Assembly: GCA_963790585.1 (NCBI GenBank)
Contig: CAWBOY010000004.1
Span: forward strand, 108,423-172,422
From: an uncultured Planctomycetaceae bacterium
Lineage (GTDB): Bacteria > Planctomycetota > Planctomycetia > Gemmatales > Gemmataceae
Length of the DNA: 64,000 bases
Direction of reading: 5' to 3'
Shown here: one piece after another, positions 40,658 through 51,173 of the stretch
Layout: every line of letters starts with the position of its first letter
Numbering within the stretch: position 1 is the stretch's first letter
The notes under the pieces: model-generated
What the model was told of the DNA's origin: nothing
The model's input: the letters and a program-made list of their open reading frames with translations, nothing else
Database searches by the model: none
Made by a program: the position numbers and the translations under genes

Positions 40658-40857
40658 TCGCCGACAATAACATGAAGGAATGCCGAGCCTTCGCAGTATT
40701 GCCGTGACAGCTGCGAGGCAAGCAGCCGGTCAGAACGATCGATTGCCGCGCATTTTTACCCGAGCCGTCCCTTGGCACCGGAGTTGCGAATTCACATCTG
40801 TCACACCGGTGGCGACGACTTGCGCTTGCTTGACCATGCGATAGGAAAGAGCTTTTC

Positions 40858-42090
40858 TTGAAGGAGACCGCCGTGCTGACACACGATACGCATCCCCTCA
40901 TACGCGCTATGGGACGCCCTGTTTTTGGCGTTCTTCTATTATCCGTGATCTTTTGTTCTCTAACCGGCTGCAATCAGCATGCGGCTCCAGCGCCGACGTC
41001 GCCGACGCGGGTGTTGGTAAGTCATCCTGTCGAAAAAGAGATAACGGATTACGCCGATTTCACCGGGCTCACGGCGGCGGTCGATTCCGTGGAAATCCGG
41101 GCCCGCGTCTATGGCTTTTTGGACAAAGTGAATTTCAAAGAAGGCATGCTCGTCAAAAAGGGCGATGTTCTTTTTGAAATCGATCCGCGACCGTATCAAG
41201 CGGCCGTGAATCAAGCCAAGGCGAAAGTCGAGATGGATAAGGCCAAGTCGCGCTTCGATGTGGCCGACTACAACCGCAGCCTGAGTCTCGCCAGGACCGA
41301 CGCCGTCAGTCGCGAGGATCTGGAAAAGTCTCTCGCCACCAAGGAAGTCTCAGCGGCGACGGTCAACGCCGATCAAGCGGACCTGGCGGCCAAGCAGCTC
41401 GATCTCGATTTTACCAAGGTGACCGCGCCCATCGATGGCCGAATCAGCCGTATCATTGTGACCGTCGGCAATCTCGTGCAATCGGGTCAAAGTGGCGGCG
41501 GCACGTTGTTGACTACCCTCGTTTCGGTGGATCCCATGTACTGCTACTTCGACGTCGATGAGCATAGCTTTCTGCGAGTTACCGAGCTGATTCGCGAGGG
41601 CAAGGCCCAGTCGGCGCGAGACGTCAAGCGGCCCGTCCTACTGGGACTATCCAGTGAAAAAGGCTATCCACACGAGGGAACCATTGATTTTGTCGACAAT
41701 CAAATCAACCCCAAGACGGGAACGATCCGCTTACGCGGCGTGTTCCCCAACAAAAACGGCGCCCTAGTCCCCGGGCTGTTCGGGCGTGTTCGAATATTCA
41801 TCGGCCAACCTTACAAGGCCGTTTTGGTTTCAGAGCGAGCTATCGATACAGACCAAGGTCAAAAGATTATCTATGTGATCGACGACAAAAACACCGTATC
41901 CACGCGGCCGGTTACAGTGGGTGCCGTGCAGGACGGATTGATCGCCATTCTGAACGGCGGCGTCAAAGTGAATGAGCGGGTCATCGTCGAGGGTTTTCAG
42001 CAAGTCAAGGTAGACGCGGTGGTCGATCCCAAGCTCGTTCCCATGCCGGTGGCGGCCACACCTCAAAATGCTGCGAAGACTGACAAGTAA
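40858..42090 (+). CDS. RND efflux periplasmic adaptor (AcrA/MexA-type membrane fusion protein).
   Basis: It has a lipoprotein-like N-terminus (LTGC), a hairpin coiled-coil and beta-barrel/MP domains. It lies directly upstream of the RND permease. Confidence 0.8.
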   Translation: MKETAVLTHDTHPLIRAMGRPVFGVLLLSVIFCSLTGCNQHAAPAPTSPTRVLVSHPVEKEITDYADFTGLTAAVDSVEIRARVYGFLDKVNFKEGMLVKKGDVLFEIDPRPYQAAVNQAKAKVEMDKAKSRFDVADYNRSLSLARTDAVSREDLEKSLATKEVSAATVNADQADLAAKQLDLDFTKVTAPIDGRISRIIVTVGNLVQSGQSGGGTLLTTLVSVDPMYCYFDVDEHSFLRVTELIREGKAQSARDVKRPVLLGLSSEKGYPHEGTIDFVDNQINPKTGTIRLRGVFPNKNGALVPGLFGRVRIFIGQPYKAVLVSERAIDTDQGQKIIYVIDDKNTVSTRPVTVGAVQDGLIAILNGGVKVNERVIVEGFQQVKVDAVVDPKLVPMPVAATPQNAAKTDK

Positions 42091-42119
42091 GAGACCGTGC
42101 TAGCAGCCCTTCTTCCGCG

Positions 42120-42200
42120 TACTTGGGGGAGAGGGGTTGGGGTGAGGGAGTCAGGTTTTCGTGGACTTTGCCCCCTCACCCCCGACCCCTCTCCCAGAGG
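42120..42200. repeat. Second copy of palindromic repeat family A (GGGGAGAGGGGTTGGGGTGAGGG ... CCCTCACCCCCGACCCCTCTCCC).
   Basis: It shares the arm sequence with 6340-6455. Confidence 0.65.
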
Positions 42201-42242
42201 GAGAGGGGAGAATAAACAAACGCCTGGCCCCTGTACTCTAGT

Positions 42243-42335
42243 GCCGTGGCCGGGGTCGGTACTCCGACCCCGGTTCTCCGGACCGGCTGATATTTCGCCG
42301 GGGTCGGAGTACCGACCCCGGCCACGGTCTCCTAG
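42243..42335. repeat. Second copy of palindromic repeat family B (two opposed CCGGGGTCGG-TACT-CCGACCCCGG hairpins), adjacent to the family A copy in the MFP-RND intergenic region.
   Basis: The hairpin units are identical to those at 19960-20070. Confidence 0.7.
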
Positions 42336-42388
42336 TTGTGAGCGCAGGCCTTTTGGCTAAATATCAAAGCTAATTTCGAGAACCTCTC

Positions 42389-45300
42389 ATGCTCGCACGA
42401 TTCTTCATCGATCGCCCCATTCTCGCCTGGGTCATTTCGATCGTCATCGTTCTCATGGGCTCGATTTCCTACAAGTTTTTGCCAGTCGCCCAATACCCGC
42501 AGATCACGCCACCCGTCGTTCGGGTCTCTGCAATCTACCCTGGAGCCAGCGCGGAAGTTGTAGCCCAAACCGTTGCCGCTCCGATCGAGCAGCAGGTCAA
42601 CGGTGTGGAAGGCATGTTGTACATGTCGTCCCAGAGCAGCAACGACGGCTCCTACAATTTGGATGTCACGTTTGAACTGGGTACAGATGTCAATGTGGCC
42701 CAAGTGCTCGTGCAAAACCGTGTCGCCATCGCCCAACCGCAGTTGCCAGACGTCCTCAAGGCTACGGGCGTCACCGTCAAGAAGCGGTCGCCGGACATTC
42801 TTCTTGTGGTGAATCTGTATTCGGATAACGATCCGGCCACCGGCCGCCCTTATTACGACCGGCTCTACTTGAGTAATTTCGCCACCATTCAATTATTGGA
42901 CCCGATCGCTCGCCTCGAAGGCGTCGGCGATGTGTTCAGTTTTGGCGGCCAAAACTACAGCATGAGAATATGGCTCGACCCTGACAAGCTGGCTGCGCGC
43001 AACTTATCGGCCGGCAGCGTCGCCCAGGTACTCCAGGAGCAAAACGTACAGGTCGCCGCCGGGCAGATCGGGCAGCCGCCGGTGCCGGTCGGTCAGGAGT
43101 TTCAGTACACCGTCAACGCTCTCGGTCGACTGGTGGAGGCGGAACAGTTCGGCAACATCATTTTGAACACAGGCACTGACGGCGAGGTCCTTTATTTACG
43201 TGACGTGGCGCGGATCGAGCTTGGGGCCCAGAGCCAAGACCAAACGTTGGCCTTGGACCGTCGGCCCTCGGTCGGCCTGGCGATCTTTCAGTTGCCCGGA
43301 TCGAACGCACTCGACACGGCCGATGGTATCAAAGAGAAAATGCGCGAATTCGAGCGCGACCAGCGCCTTCCAAAGGGATTGAAATACGAGATCGCCTACG
43401 ACACGACGCCCTTCATTCGTGAATCGGTAGCCGAGGTCATTCGCACTCTTGTTATCGCCGTGATTCTGGTGGCGGCTGTGGTGCTCCTCTTTTTGCAAGA
43501 CTGGAAATCGTTACTTCTACCCTTGATCGACATCGGCGTGTCATTGATCGGCACTCTCGCCGTGCTGAAATTGATGGGGTTCAGTCTCAATAATTTGACG
43601 CTGTTCGGGCTGGTGCTCGCCATCGGCATCGTGGTCGACGACGCTATCGTGGTGTTGGAAAACATCGAGCGCTGGCTGGACAAAGGTCTGTCGGTGCGCG
43701 AGGCGACCATCAATGCCATGAACGAAATCACCGGGCCGATCCTGGCTATCACACTCGTGCTCTCCTCCGTGTTTCTACCGAGCGCCGCCTTGACCGGCAT
43801 CACGGGCCAATTCTTCCGCCAGTTCGCGCTGACGATCTCAACGGCGATGATTATCTCTGCCATCAACGCCATGACGATGACGCCAGCGCGGGCGGCTTCG
43901 ATCTTTTCTGGCCGAAAACCAGGGCAGCATGGCGACCAGGGTAAAGAAGCTCTGCCTTGGTGGAGCTTCGGCCTAGCTGGAGGTCTTCTTACACTTTGGA
44001 TCTTGCCTGCCACAATTGAACACTGGTTAGGATTGGCCCCACAGACCGGCAAGACGGATGCGTATACAGCCGGCTTTATGAGTTCTGCTATTCAATATGC
44101 CATTCTCTTTGCCTCGTTCGTGCCTGGATTTATCGCCGGAGGAACTGTCGGATGGTTTATCATCACTCCCGTGAATTGGGTTCTCGGTCGATTCTTCCAA
44201 CGCTTCAATTGGATATTTGAAGTCACGACACGGATTTACGGCAAAGCGGTAGCCTGGCTGTTACGACTTAGTATCATCGCGCTGCTCTTTTATGTCGGAT
44301 TGCTCGTGACGACAGGCTTTTTCTTCACGAAAGTGCCCGGTGGCTTCATCCCCGCGCAGGACAAGGGGCGTTTGATTATCAATGTTCAACTACCCGATTC
44401 GGCGTCTTTGCAACGTACGTCCGAGATCATGGACCGAGCCGAGAAGATCGCCCTCGAAACGCCAGGAGTAGCTCATACGCTGGGCAATCCAGGCCGATCC
44501 TTTGTCTTGAACTCGATTGGTTCCAATCTTGGGTCGATGTTCGTGACGCTGAAGCCCTTCGATGAGCGCGTGGCGCTGGAACTCCATGCCAACGCCATCG
44601 CGGCCAAGCTACGGGCTCGCTTCCGTGAGGAGATACCCGGGGCCATCATTAACGTCTTCGGGGCCCCGGCGGTTGATGGCCTCGGGAATGCCGGTGGTTT
44701 CAAGATGATGATCGAGTCCATTGGCGACGTCAATTACCAACGGCTGCAGGGGCAGGCCGATAACATCGTCGCCAAAGGCAGCCAACAGCCTGGCTTGATT
44801 GGCCTGTTCGATGGGTTCCGGCGCAGACGCCACAACTTTACGCCAATATCGATCGTGTCCAGTGTAAGACGATGGGTGTGAGCCTGACGGACGCGTTTCA
44901 GACGCTGCAGATTTATTTGGGCGGCTATTATGTCAACGATTTCAATCGCTTCGGCCGAACCTGGCAGGTCAATATCCAGGCAGATGGGCCTTTTCGTAAT
45001 AACGTCGAAATCGCCAAGCAGCTCAAAGTTCGCAACTCGCAGGGACAAATGGTGCCGCTCGGCTCCGTGGTCACCTTTCGCCCAGTTGGCGGTCCGCTGA
45101 CGGTTACCCGGTACAACCTATTCCCCGCCGCGACAATCACGGGGGCGGCGCTGCCTAGCATGAGCGATGGAGACGTACTGGCGACGATGGAACGGCTCGC
45201 GAATCAGGAGCTGTCGCGCGGCATGACCTACGAGTGGACGGAGCTAAGCTTCCTTCAGAAGCAATCCATGAAGCTGAATTCCTTCAAAGACTTGCAACAG

Positions 45301-45945
45301 AATCCCTATAGCGCCTTCGTGCTGGGCACAATTTTGGTCTTCTTCGTCCTGGCGGGATTGTACGAGAGTTGGTCTCTACCCCTGGCCGTTATCCTGGTCG
45401 TGCCGCTGTGCCTATCGAGCGCGCTGGCTGGCATCATGATCGCTGCTATGGATCTCAACATCTTTGTACAGGTCGGGTTGGTCGTGCTCGTCGGCCTGGC
45501 GGCGAAGAACGCGATCCTGGTGGTCGAGTTCGCGCGCGACCGGGAGCTGGAAGGGGCCAATTCGTTCGACGCGGCCGTGGAGGCGGCTACGGTCCGCCTG
45601 CGGCCGATCATCATGACTTCGTTTGCTTTCATCCTCGGCATGGCTCCGCTTGTGATCGCTGAAGGTGCCGGAGCCGAAATGCGACGGACCCTTGGCACCG
45701 CCGTGTTCGCGGGTATGCTCGGCGTCACTCTCTTCGGTATTTTCCTGACTCCCGTGTTTTATTACGTCATTCGCCGGGTGACTGGCCCGCTCAAGTCTCC
45801 AGGTCCAGCCAAGCAGGAGTCCACAAACACGAACGGTGAGCCGTCGGCCCCAACCAAGTATGGGTCGGATAAGCCACACCCTAATCCCACGACAGCGATA
45901 ACTGTTCGGGAGCCACAGGAATCCCACCGCGAGCACCAGGGGTGA
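42389..45945 (+). CDS. RND efflux permease (AcrB/AcrD/AcrF family) with a frameshift near 44820. ORFs 42389..44881 and 44872..45945 join through ...DGFR / PAQTPQLYANIDRVQCKTMGVSLTD.
   Basis: It has canonical AcrB TM and porter domains. The third frame restores the conserved LYxDIDRxKAxxLGVS motif. Confidence 0.8.
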
Positions 45946-46957
45946 CCGAGCCGAAGCGCTCCTCGAAAACTGGAGGCAATGCTCGCGTGTCCTTGGGCGC
46001 CAGCCACAGGCGAAATAAATGCCGCTTGCGATTTGGCTCCGGCCAGTCTTCAAAGGCTGTGCGGTCGTGGAGCAAAGTATGATTATGCACAAGCTGGACA
46101 TCGCCCGCCTGGAACTCCATGAAAAAATGGAGCGCCGGATCTTCGGCCAGCGCGTCGAATAGGTTCAAAGCCTCGGTTTGCTGTGGCGTCAGGGGTGCCA
46201 CGCCCGGAAAGCGCCGGGCCGAGTCGATGTAGGGCCGATGGTAGATCGCCGACAATAGGCCGGCATACCAGTTGAACACTGGAATCGAAAAATACGGTTT
46301 CTGCCCAGCCGGCACTTCGCCGCGTCGATCGGTCTCTATCGGCTCGAACAACACCTTGGCCAAGTCAGGCCGCCGCCGTCGCATCTCATTGAAGATCGTC
46401 ACTGTGGACACTAGACTCGAAAATCCACCCTCCTTCGCGGGCTGGAGGCACAGCAAACCAACGACGTCGCAGGAGTCGGTGTGATAGTTCTGCCGCTCGC
46501 GCGTCTGGTAGATGCGGACGTTGGGATCCTTGCTGGACAACCCTTGATCCTTCACATGTCCGAGCAGATGGCCCTGGGCATTTTGCGCCCGAAGGTTGCC
46601 GCAATGAACTCCAAGGCCGACGAAGGCGATTGCGGCTTGTTGTCTGCTCCACCGTTCGATCGGCAGGCCACGCAACAGCACAAAACCACGGCCATTCAGC
46701 ACATCGTCCATGATGACCCGTAGGCGTGGCGCCAGCGTCGGCAGTGGAAAGTCCTCCGGCCGGATGTTCACGGGATTGCAACCCGATTGCATGAACCGTC
46801 GCATCGCCGCTTCGACCTCACGAATCTCGACGTCGCTGAGGTGCGCAATCCAATCGGTTCGCCTGGCCATATCGGGGCCATACCAGGCTGAGTGATTATG
46901 AATTTCGGGGGGTAGATCGAGCATGGTTACACCGCGCGGGTTCTCAAAAACGCCCAT
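45881..46957 (-). CDS. TauD/TfdA-family Fe(II)/2-oxoglutarate-dependent dioxygenase.
   Basis: It has an HTDS...D facial-triad region and a conserved C-terminal HNHTLLHDRTAF motif. Confidence 0.7.
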   Translation of the reverse strand: MGVFENPRGVTMLDLPPEIHNHSAWYGPDMARRTDWIAHLSDVEIREVEAAMRRFMQSGCNPVNIRPEDFPLPTLAPRLRVIMDDVLNGRGFVLLRGLPIERWSRQQAAIAFVGLGVHCGNLRAQNAQGHLLGHVKDQGLSSKDPNVRIYQTRERQNYHTDSCDVVGLLCLQPAKEGGFSSLVSTVTIFNEMRRRRPDLAKVLFEPIETDRRGEVPAGQKPYFSIPVFNWYAGLLSAIYHRPYIDSARRFPGVAPLTPQQTEALNLFDALAEDPALHFFMEFQAGDVQLVHNHTLLHDRTAFEDWPEPNRKRHLFRLWLAPKDTRALPPVFEERFGSVTPGARGGIPVAPEQLSLSWD

Positions 46958-47248
46958 AATCCAGGTTTGGTACGCTCAGAAACTTGCATGGTCCAGCGAT
47001 GTGACTCTAGACATTGGTATTCGCGGCCACAAGGTGGGGACTGATCTTGGCGTCGCCTTTCCTCCTCTTTAGTGAACTATACATTCCAATCCTTAATCTT
47101 CAATCCTTTATCGCGCTCACGGTTTACGTTCACACAACTCTCGCCGGACTGAGCCGCCCCGTGGCCAAGATGTCGCATTTTCCTAGTTTACCGGCCGCTC
47201 GATTTGTGTGAGAATGCGCCGATTCACCAGCGGTAGGGACGAATTGCC

Positions 47249-47587
47249 GTGTCCGAGTTCAATATCTACGGAACTCAGATCGGTCTGCGGAATCCCACTC
47301 TCGTGGACCGCATCAAAATCGAAATGGGAGCAGGTCTTTACCTCTATGAGGAACGGCGCGGCCGGATTGGCGGTGTACGCGATCGTAAGGGATGTTATTA
47401 TGTCGTAGAGGGCCATCACCGGATCATCGCTGCCTTGGAAATTGAACGAGAATCAGGCGATGACTTACCGTTGCGACTATTGATACGTAACGGTTATTGG
47501 ACCAAAGTAACCCGTCCTCCAAGTGACCGGCGCCCACTTCCGTTCCGTGATAGGTGGGGGCAGTTACGAAATTGGCTCGGGCTTTAA
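47249..47587 (+). CDS. Small ParB/sulfiredoxin-fold (ParB-like nuclease domain) protein.
   Basis: YYVVEGHHRIIAA resembles the ParB-N DGHHR motif. Confidence 0.4.
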   Translation: MSEFNIYGTQIGLRNPTLVDRIKIEMGAGLYLYEERRGRIGGVRDRKGCYYVVEGHHRIIAALEIERESGDDLPLRLLIRNGYWTKVTRPPSDRRPLPFRDRWGQLRNWLGL

Positions 47588-47602
47588 CCGCGGAGTACCA
47601 CT

Positions 47603-48238
47603 ATGGTCTCGGTAAGAATGACCTGTGAAGGCGTCCCAATCGGGCCGCTATATCTCCCGCCATTTCAGCTCCGTGAGCGAGAGATGCTTTGCCTTCACCT
47701 ACCGGAGCTACTCGACCCCAAAGATGAAAAGCGCCTTGAACAGGCTCTGACGGGTCAACCAAGGCAAGCAGGATTGAATGTCCATTCCCGTGTTCTGATT
47801 GCTCGCCCGGCGATCAAACGAAACGGTCTCTCGGGTTGGTTTTCGCGCCCGACTCTGCGTGATTGGTTAGCGAAGAACGGTGCCATGACACGGAGTCAGA
47901 TTTCAGGCGTGCTCTCTCGTTGGGATCTCTCACCGACATGGCGCATCGATCAAATTGCGGGTAACGCGCGAACGCAACTCAGGCTTGAACTTGCGTGGGC
48001 AAAAGGCGCCGAAGTCGTTGTCTTTTCCACGTACGGTCTCGATCCGTTGGGGGTTGAGAAGGTTTTTGAGCGGGTTGCGGAGCAGAGCGATCGTTGTGCG
48101 GCGATATATCTCTCTCATCTCTTCAAAACGGCTGGATTAGCAGCGCGACATTGCCCGCCGGGTGGGCGTTGCATTGAAGTTAAGAGAAGTGCAAGCTTGA
48201 CCGATCGAAAATTAGGAGTTGGAAGTATTTCGGCATAA
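47603..48238 (+). CDS. Hypothetical protein. It is the downstream partner of the ParB-like gene, 15 bp away.
   Basis: It is an ORF that is apparently co-transcribed. Confidence 0.35.
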   Translation: MVSVRMTCEGVPIGPLYLPPFQLREREMLCLHLPELLDPKDEKRLEQALTGQPRQAGLNVHSRVLIARPAIKRNGLSGWFSRPTLRDWLAKNGAMTRSQISGVLSRWDLSPTWRIDQIAGNARTQLRLELAWAKGAEVVVFSTYGLDPLGVEKVFERVAEQSDRCAAIYLSHLFKTAGLAARHCPPGGRCIEVKRSASLTDRKLGVGSISA

Positions 48239-48249
48239 ATTTCTGGGAT

Positions 48250-49169
48250 TCAATCATACCTTTCCTGACCTCGCAAAAACGCTTCCACATCATCCCGCCT
48301 CGGTATCCCCCGCTGCGCCCCCGGATGCATCGCCTTCAGAGCCGCGGCGGCACTGGCGAAACGTACCCGCTCGGCCAAGTCTGCGCCATGCGCCAGGGCG
48401 GCGGCATAGGCTCCGTGAAACACATCGCCGCAGCCGGTGGTGTCGGTGATGTTCACGCGATAGGCCGGTTGATGCCGGACGGTTGCCTCGACAGTACTCC
48501 GATACCAGGCACCATTTTCGCCATGAGTGACAATCACCACTTGGCGATTCGCCGACCAAAGAGCTTCGACAGCGGCGCGGGGATCGCTCAGCCCGGTGAG
48601 TTTCTCGGCGAAGCTTTGGCCGACGATGAGATGATCGACCAGCGCGAGCAGGTCGCTGAAGCCGGGCCATTCATTGCGTTCCAGGTCGGCGACGATCGGG
48701 ATGCCGGCGGCGCGGGCCACCTGGGCCGCTCGGGTCATGCCCTCAATGCCATAATGATCTACATATAAGACCTTTGATGTTTTGATCACGCCTTCTGGAG
48801 GATGCGTCAGGTCCGCGCCCAATGTGCCGGCGAGATCGAACAGGACCGTCCGCGTATGTTGGGACTCATCGACGATGATCGTCGAGTGGATCGGTCGCAC
48901 GCCGGGTCGCGCAGGACGAGTGAGGTATCGACGCCTTCGCGCTCGAAAGTGTCGAGGACGAAGCGTGAGTTTTCATCGTCGCCAAGGACGCCGGCATAGG
49001 CGCATTTGGCCCCGAGGCGCGAGGCAGCGACGAGGGCGGTCGCGGTCAGGCCGCCGCATTGGCGTTCGCGGAGGCGCACTCGTGTTTTGGTTTCGGGAGT
49101 GGGGAAGGAGGGGACAAAGAGGAGGTCATCCACTGCGACGCAGCCGAGGCCGAGAATGTCGAAGGACAT
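48250..49169 (-). CDS. PfkB-family carbohydrate kinase (ribokinase-like), split by a frameshift near 48870.
   Basis: The N-terminal part has ILGLGCVAVDDLLFV and the C-terminal part has DTTGCGDVFHGAY, which is the PfkB signature. The two halves are in different frames. Confidence 0.7.
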
Positions 49170-49342
49170 GGGTGTCGTCTCGTGCTTGCGTACCAGCCCC
49201 AGCAGGCATTTCCCACAAATCTATCACCACGCCACGCCGCAGGGAAGGCTATAGGGCGTCGTTTCAGACCAATTCGGCGTTGCCATCGTTCGGCTGTTTA
49301 TTCCAGTGTCAGAAAAACGAGATGCATTTTCCTTTCCAAAAA

Positions 49343-50075
49343 TCACGGAATGCCAAGGTCCTCACACGCCTGGCTGTAACTGGGTTCCAGGTGGAGCGGC
49401 ACAACCAGAGTGTCGGTTAACCATAGGGGCAGCGTAGGCAGCGGTTGGCCCAGGTTCAGTGTGTGAATCCATGTTTCCAGGACGGCCTGGTCCGATTTGC
49501 GTAGCCAGCGGCACGACGCGGCGTAGACTGCGGGAGCCTCGGGGTTCAACATTGGATCGGGATGACCGATGAAACTCATCAGTTCCGCGTACAAGTTGAA
49601 GTGTCGGGTGGTGACAATGTCGACGATGCTGACGGCCACGCCACTTCGAAGCAGGGCGGCACACTTGCCGACGAAGGCATTTCGGTTTTCGGGCCGATCC
49701 TTGTTCGCCGGGCTGACGATTTCGATGGCCGCGACCAGAGTTCGACCTCGTTCGGCGTCGTAAATTCGCACTTCGTATTCATCAATATCGGGCAATTCTG
49801 TCTCGACGGCGATGCTCGGGGCGGCAGGCGACCGAAACGGCCATCGCCACACCGCCGTTGCCGTTGGAGTGGCCGACAGGCGTCGGCATATCTTTTTCAT
49901 AGGCGGCGACATCGATTTCCACGTATGCGCCGGCATGAACTCGCGGGCCGGAGACATAGCCTGGAGGCAATTGCTTTCGGAGCTGCTGAACGATGACCGC
50001 CGGCCATTGGCCGTGAAGCTCTTGCCATGACGCGATCGTCATAAGTGGACGGCGGAAGTGATCTCGAAGTGGCAT
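49343..50075 (-). CDS. DUF4058-like protein, split by a frameshift (N-terminal part 49782..50075, C-terminal part 49343..49957).
   Basis: MPLRDHFRRPL...WPAVIVQQL plus ...RTLVAAIEIVSPANKD resemble the DUF4058 family. Confidence 0.45.
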
Positions 50076-50421
50076 GGCGCGGATCCTCTTGCGTCATCAT
50101 TGTACAAAAGGGAAAGAGAGCGCGGCTTGCTTTTTCTTGATGGGACAACCGTCGCAGCCAAACCTCTCCGACCATGGTACGCGTTCCTCGACAAACGCCT
50201 GGTGGCGTCGCTCGTCCTCACAACCAACCGGGCACGGAGTCTGAATTGGGGGCGTTGCGTGGTTCGTGGGGCGCCCGACGGTGATTGGCGGCTGGCAACT
50301 GCGAACGGCGGGGCGTTTGGGTTCGGAATTTTCGCTGCGAGATCAGGGCCGGCCAGTGGAAAGGTCAGGTCCATAAATGAACCTGACCCCTTTGCGTGGT
50401 TTTCGGCGTCTGTGGGCCGCA

Positions 50422-51171
50422 CTAGCGGGTACTCTTCAAGTTTGCAATTTGAATGAGTTCCTGCGCTGCAGTGCGAACACCGCCTTGGATATTGACTAAA
50501 TCAGGCCCGTGCGCGTTGAATCGCCTATTGTGAGCAGATTTATCCCCCAACGCTTTGACGTCCTCCAAGTTTTTCTTGGCATCTCGTCCCAAGTTCAGGC
50601 CAGCATGCGGTGGCTTCCCACTTGTGCGCTCAACGAGATGCTTTAGCATAAAGTAGTTATTGTCGGAGTCCTTGATCTCGTTCTCGCGTCTTAGATTCTC
50701 GTACGCCTCGATGATCAATGTTTCCATCAGACGCCGGAGCATGACTGATGCTGCATCGTAGTAAGCCGCTCGGAAGCAGCCGTTTAATTGCTTGCAAATG
50801 CTTTCTATATAGCCTCGGGTTCCGATCCAAACGGAATCTGATAGATAACCGGCCGAATGGTCCATCGCCGGTTGCATCCCGTGCATCCCTGCTGGAAGCC
50901 AGTCGTGAATGATTTTACGTGATCCCGGCTTCAACGAGAATCCTGCCTTGGACTGGGATGCAAGTTTGGTGTTACGGATAGCCGCCGCCAATCCTGTGGA
51001 GTTCGGCGTTCCTATGTGATGATCGGTGAGTACTTTGGCCAACTGGCCGGATGTCATCGTTATGTCCGGCTCTTGGCGGTCATGGTACCAAAGGACGGCA
51101 AGTGCCTTTTCGGCGTTGCTTCGCTCAAGCCGTTTTACGAACTCGCAGAAATCGAGAAGTAAGATATTCAT
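50422..51171 (-). CDS. Hypothetical protein (249 aa), possibly with a DUF4145/HEPN-like C-terminal helix (LGDKSAHN). It is the second gene of a tight two-gene cassette.
   Basis: It is an ORF in an AT-richer segment, and its start lies 2 bp after the upstream stop. Confidence 0.4.
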   Translation of the reverse strand: MNILLLDFCEFVKRLERSNAEKALAVLWYHDRQEPDITMTSGQLAKVLTDHHIGTPNSTGLAAAIRNTKLASQSKAGFSLKPGSRKIIHDWLPAGMHGMQPAMDHSAGYLSDSVWIGTRGYIESICKQLNGCFRAAYYDAASVMLRRLMETLIIEAYENLRRENEIKDSDNNYFMLKHLVERTSGKPPHAGLNLGRDAKKNLEDVKALGDKSAHNRRFNAHGPDLVNIQGGVRTAAQELIQIANLKSTR

Positions 51172-51173
51172 CG

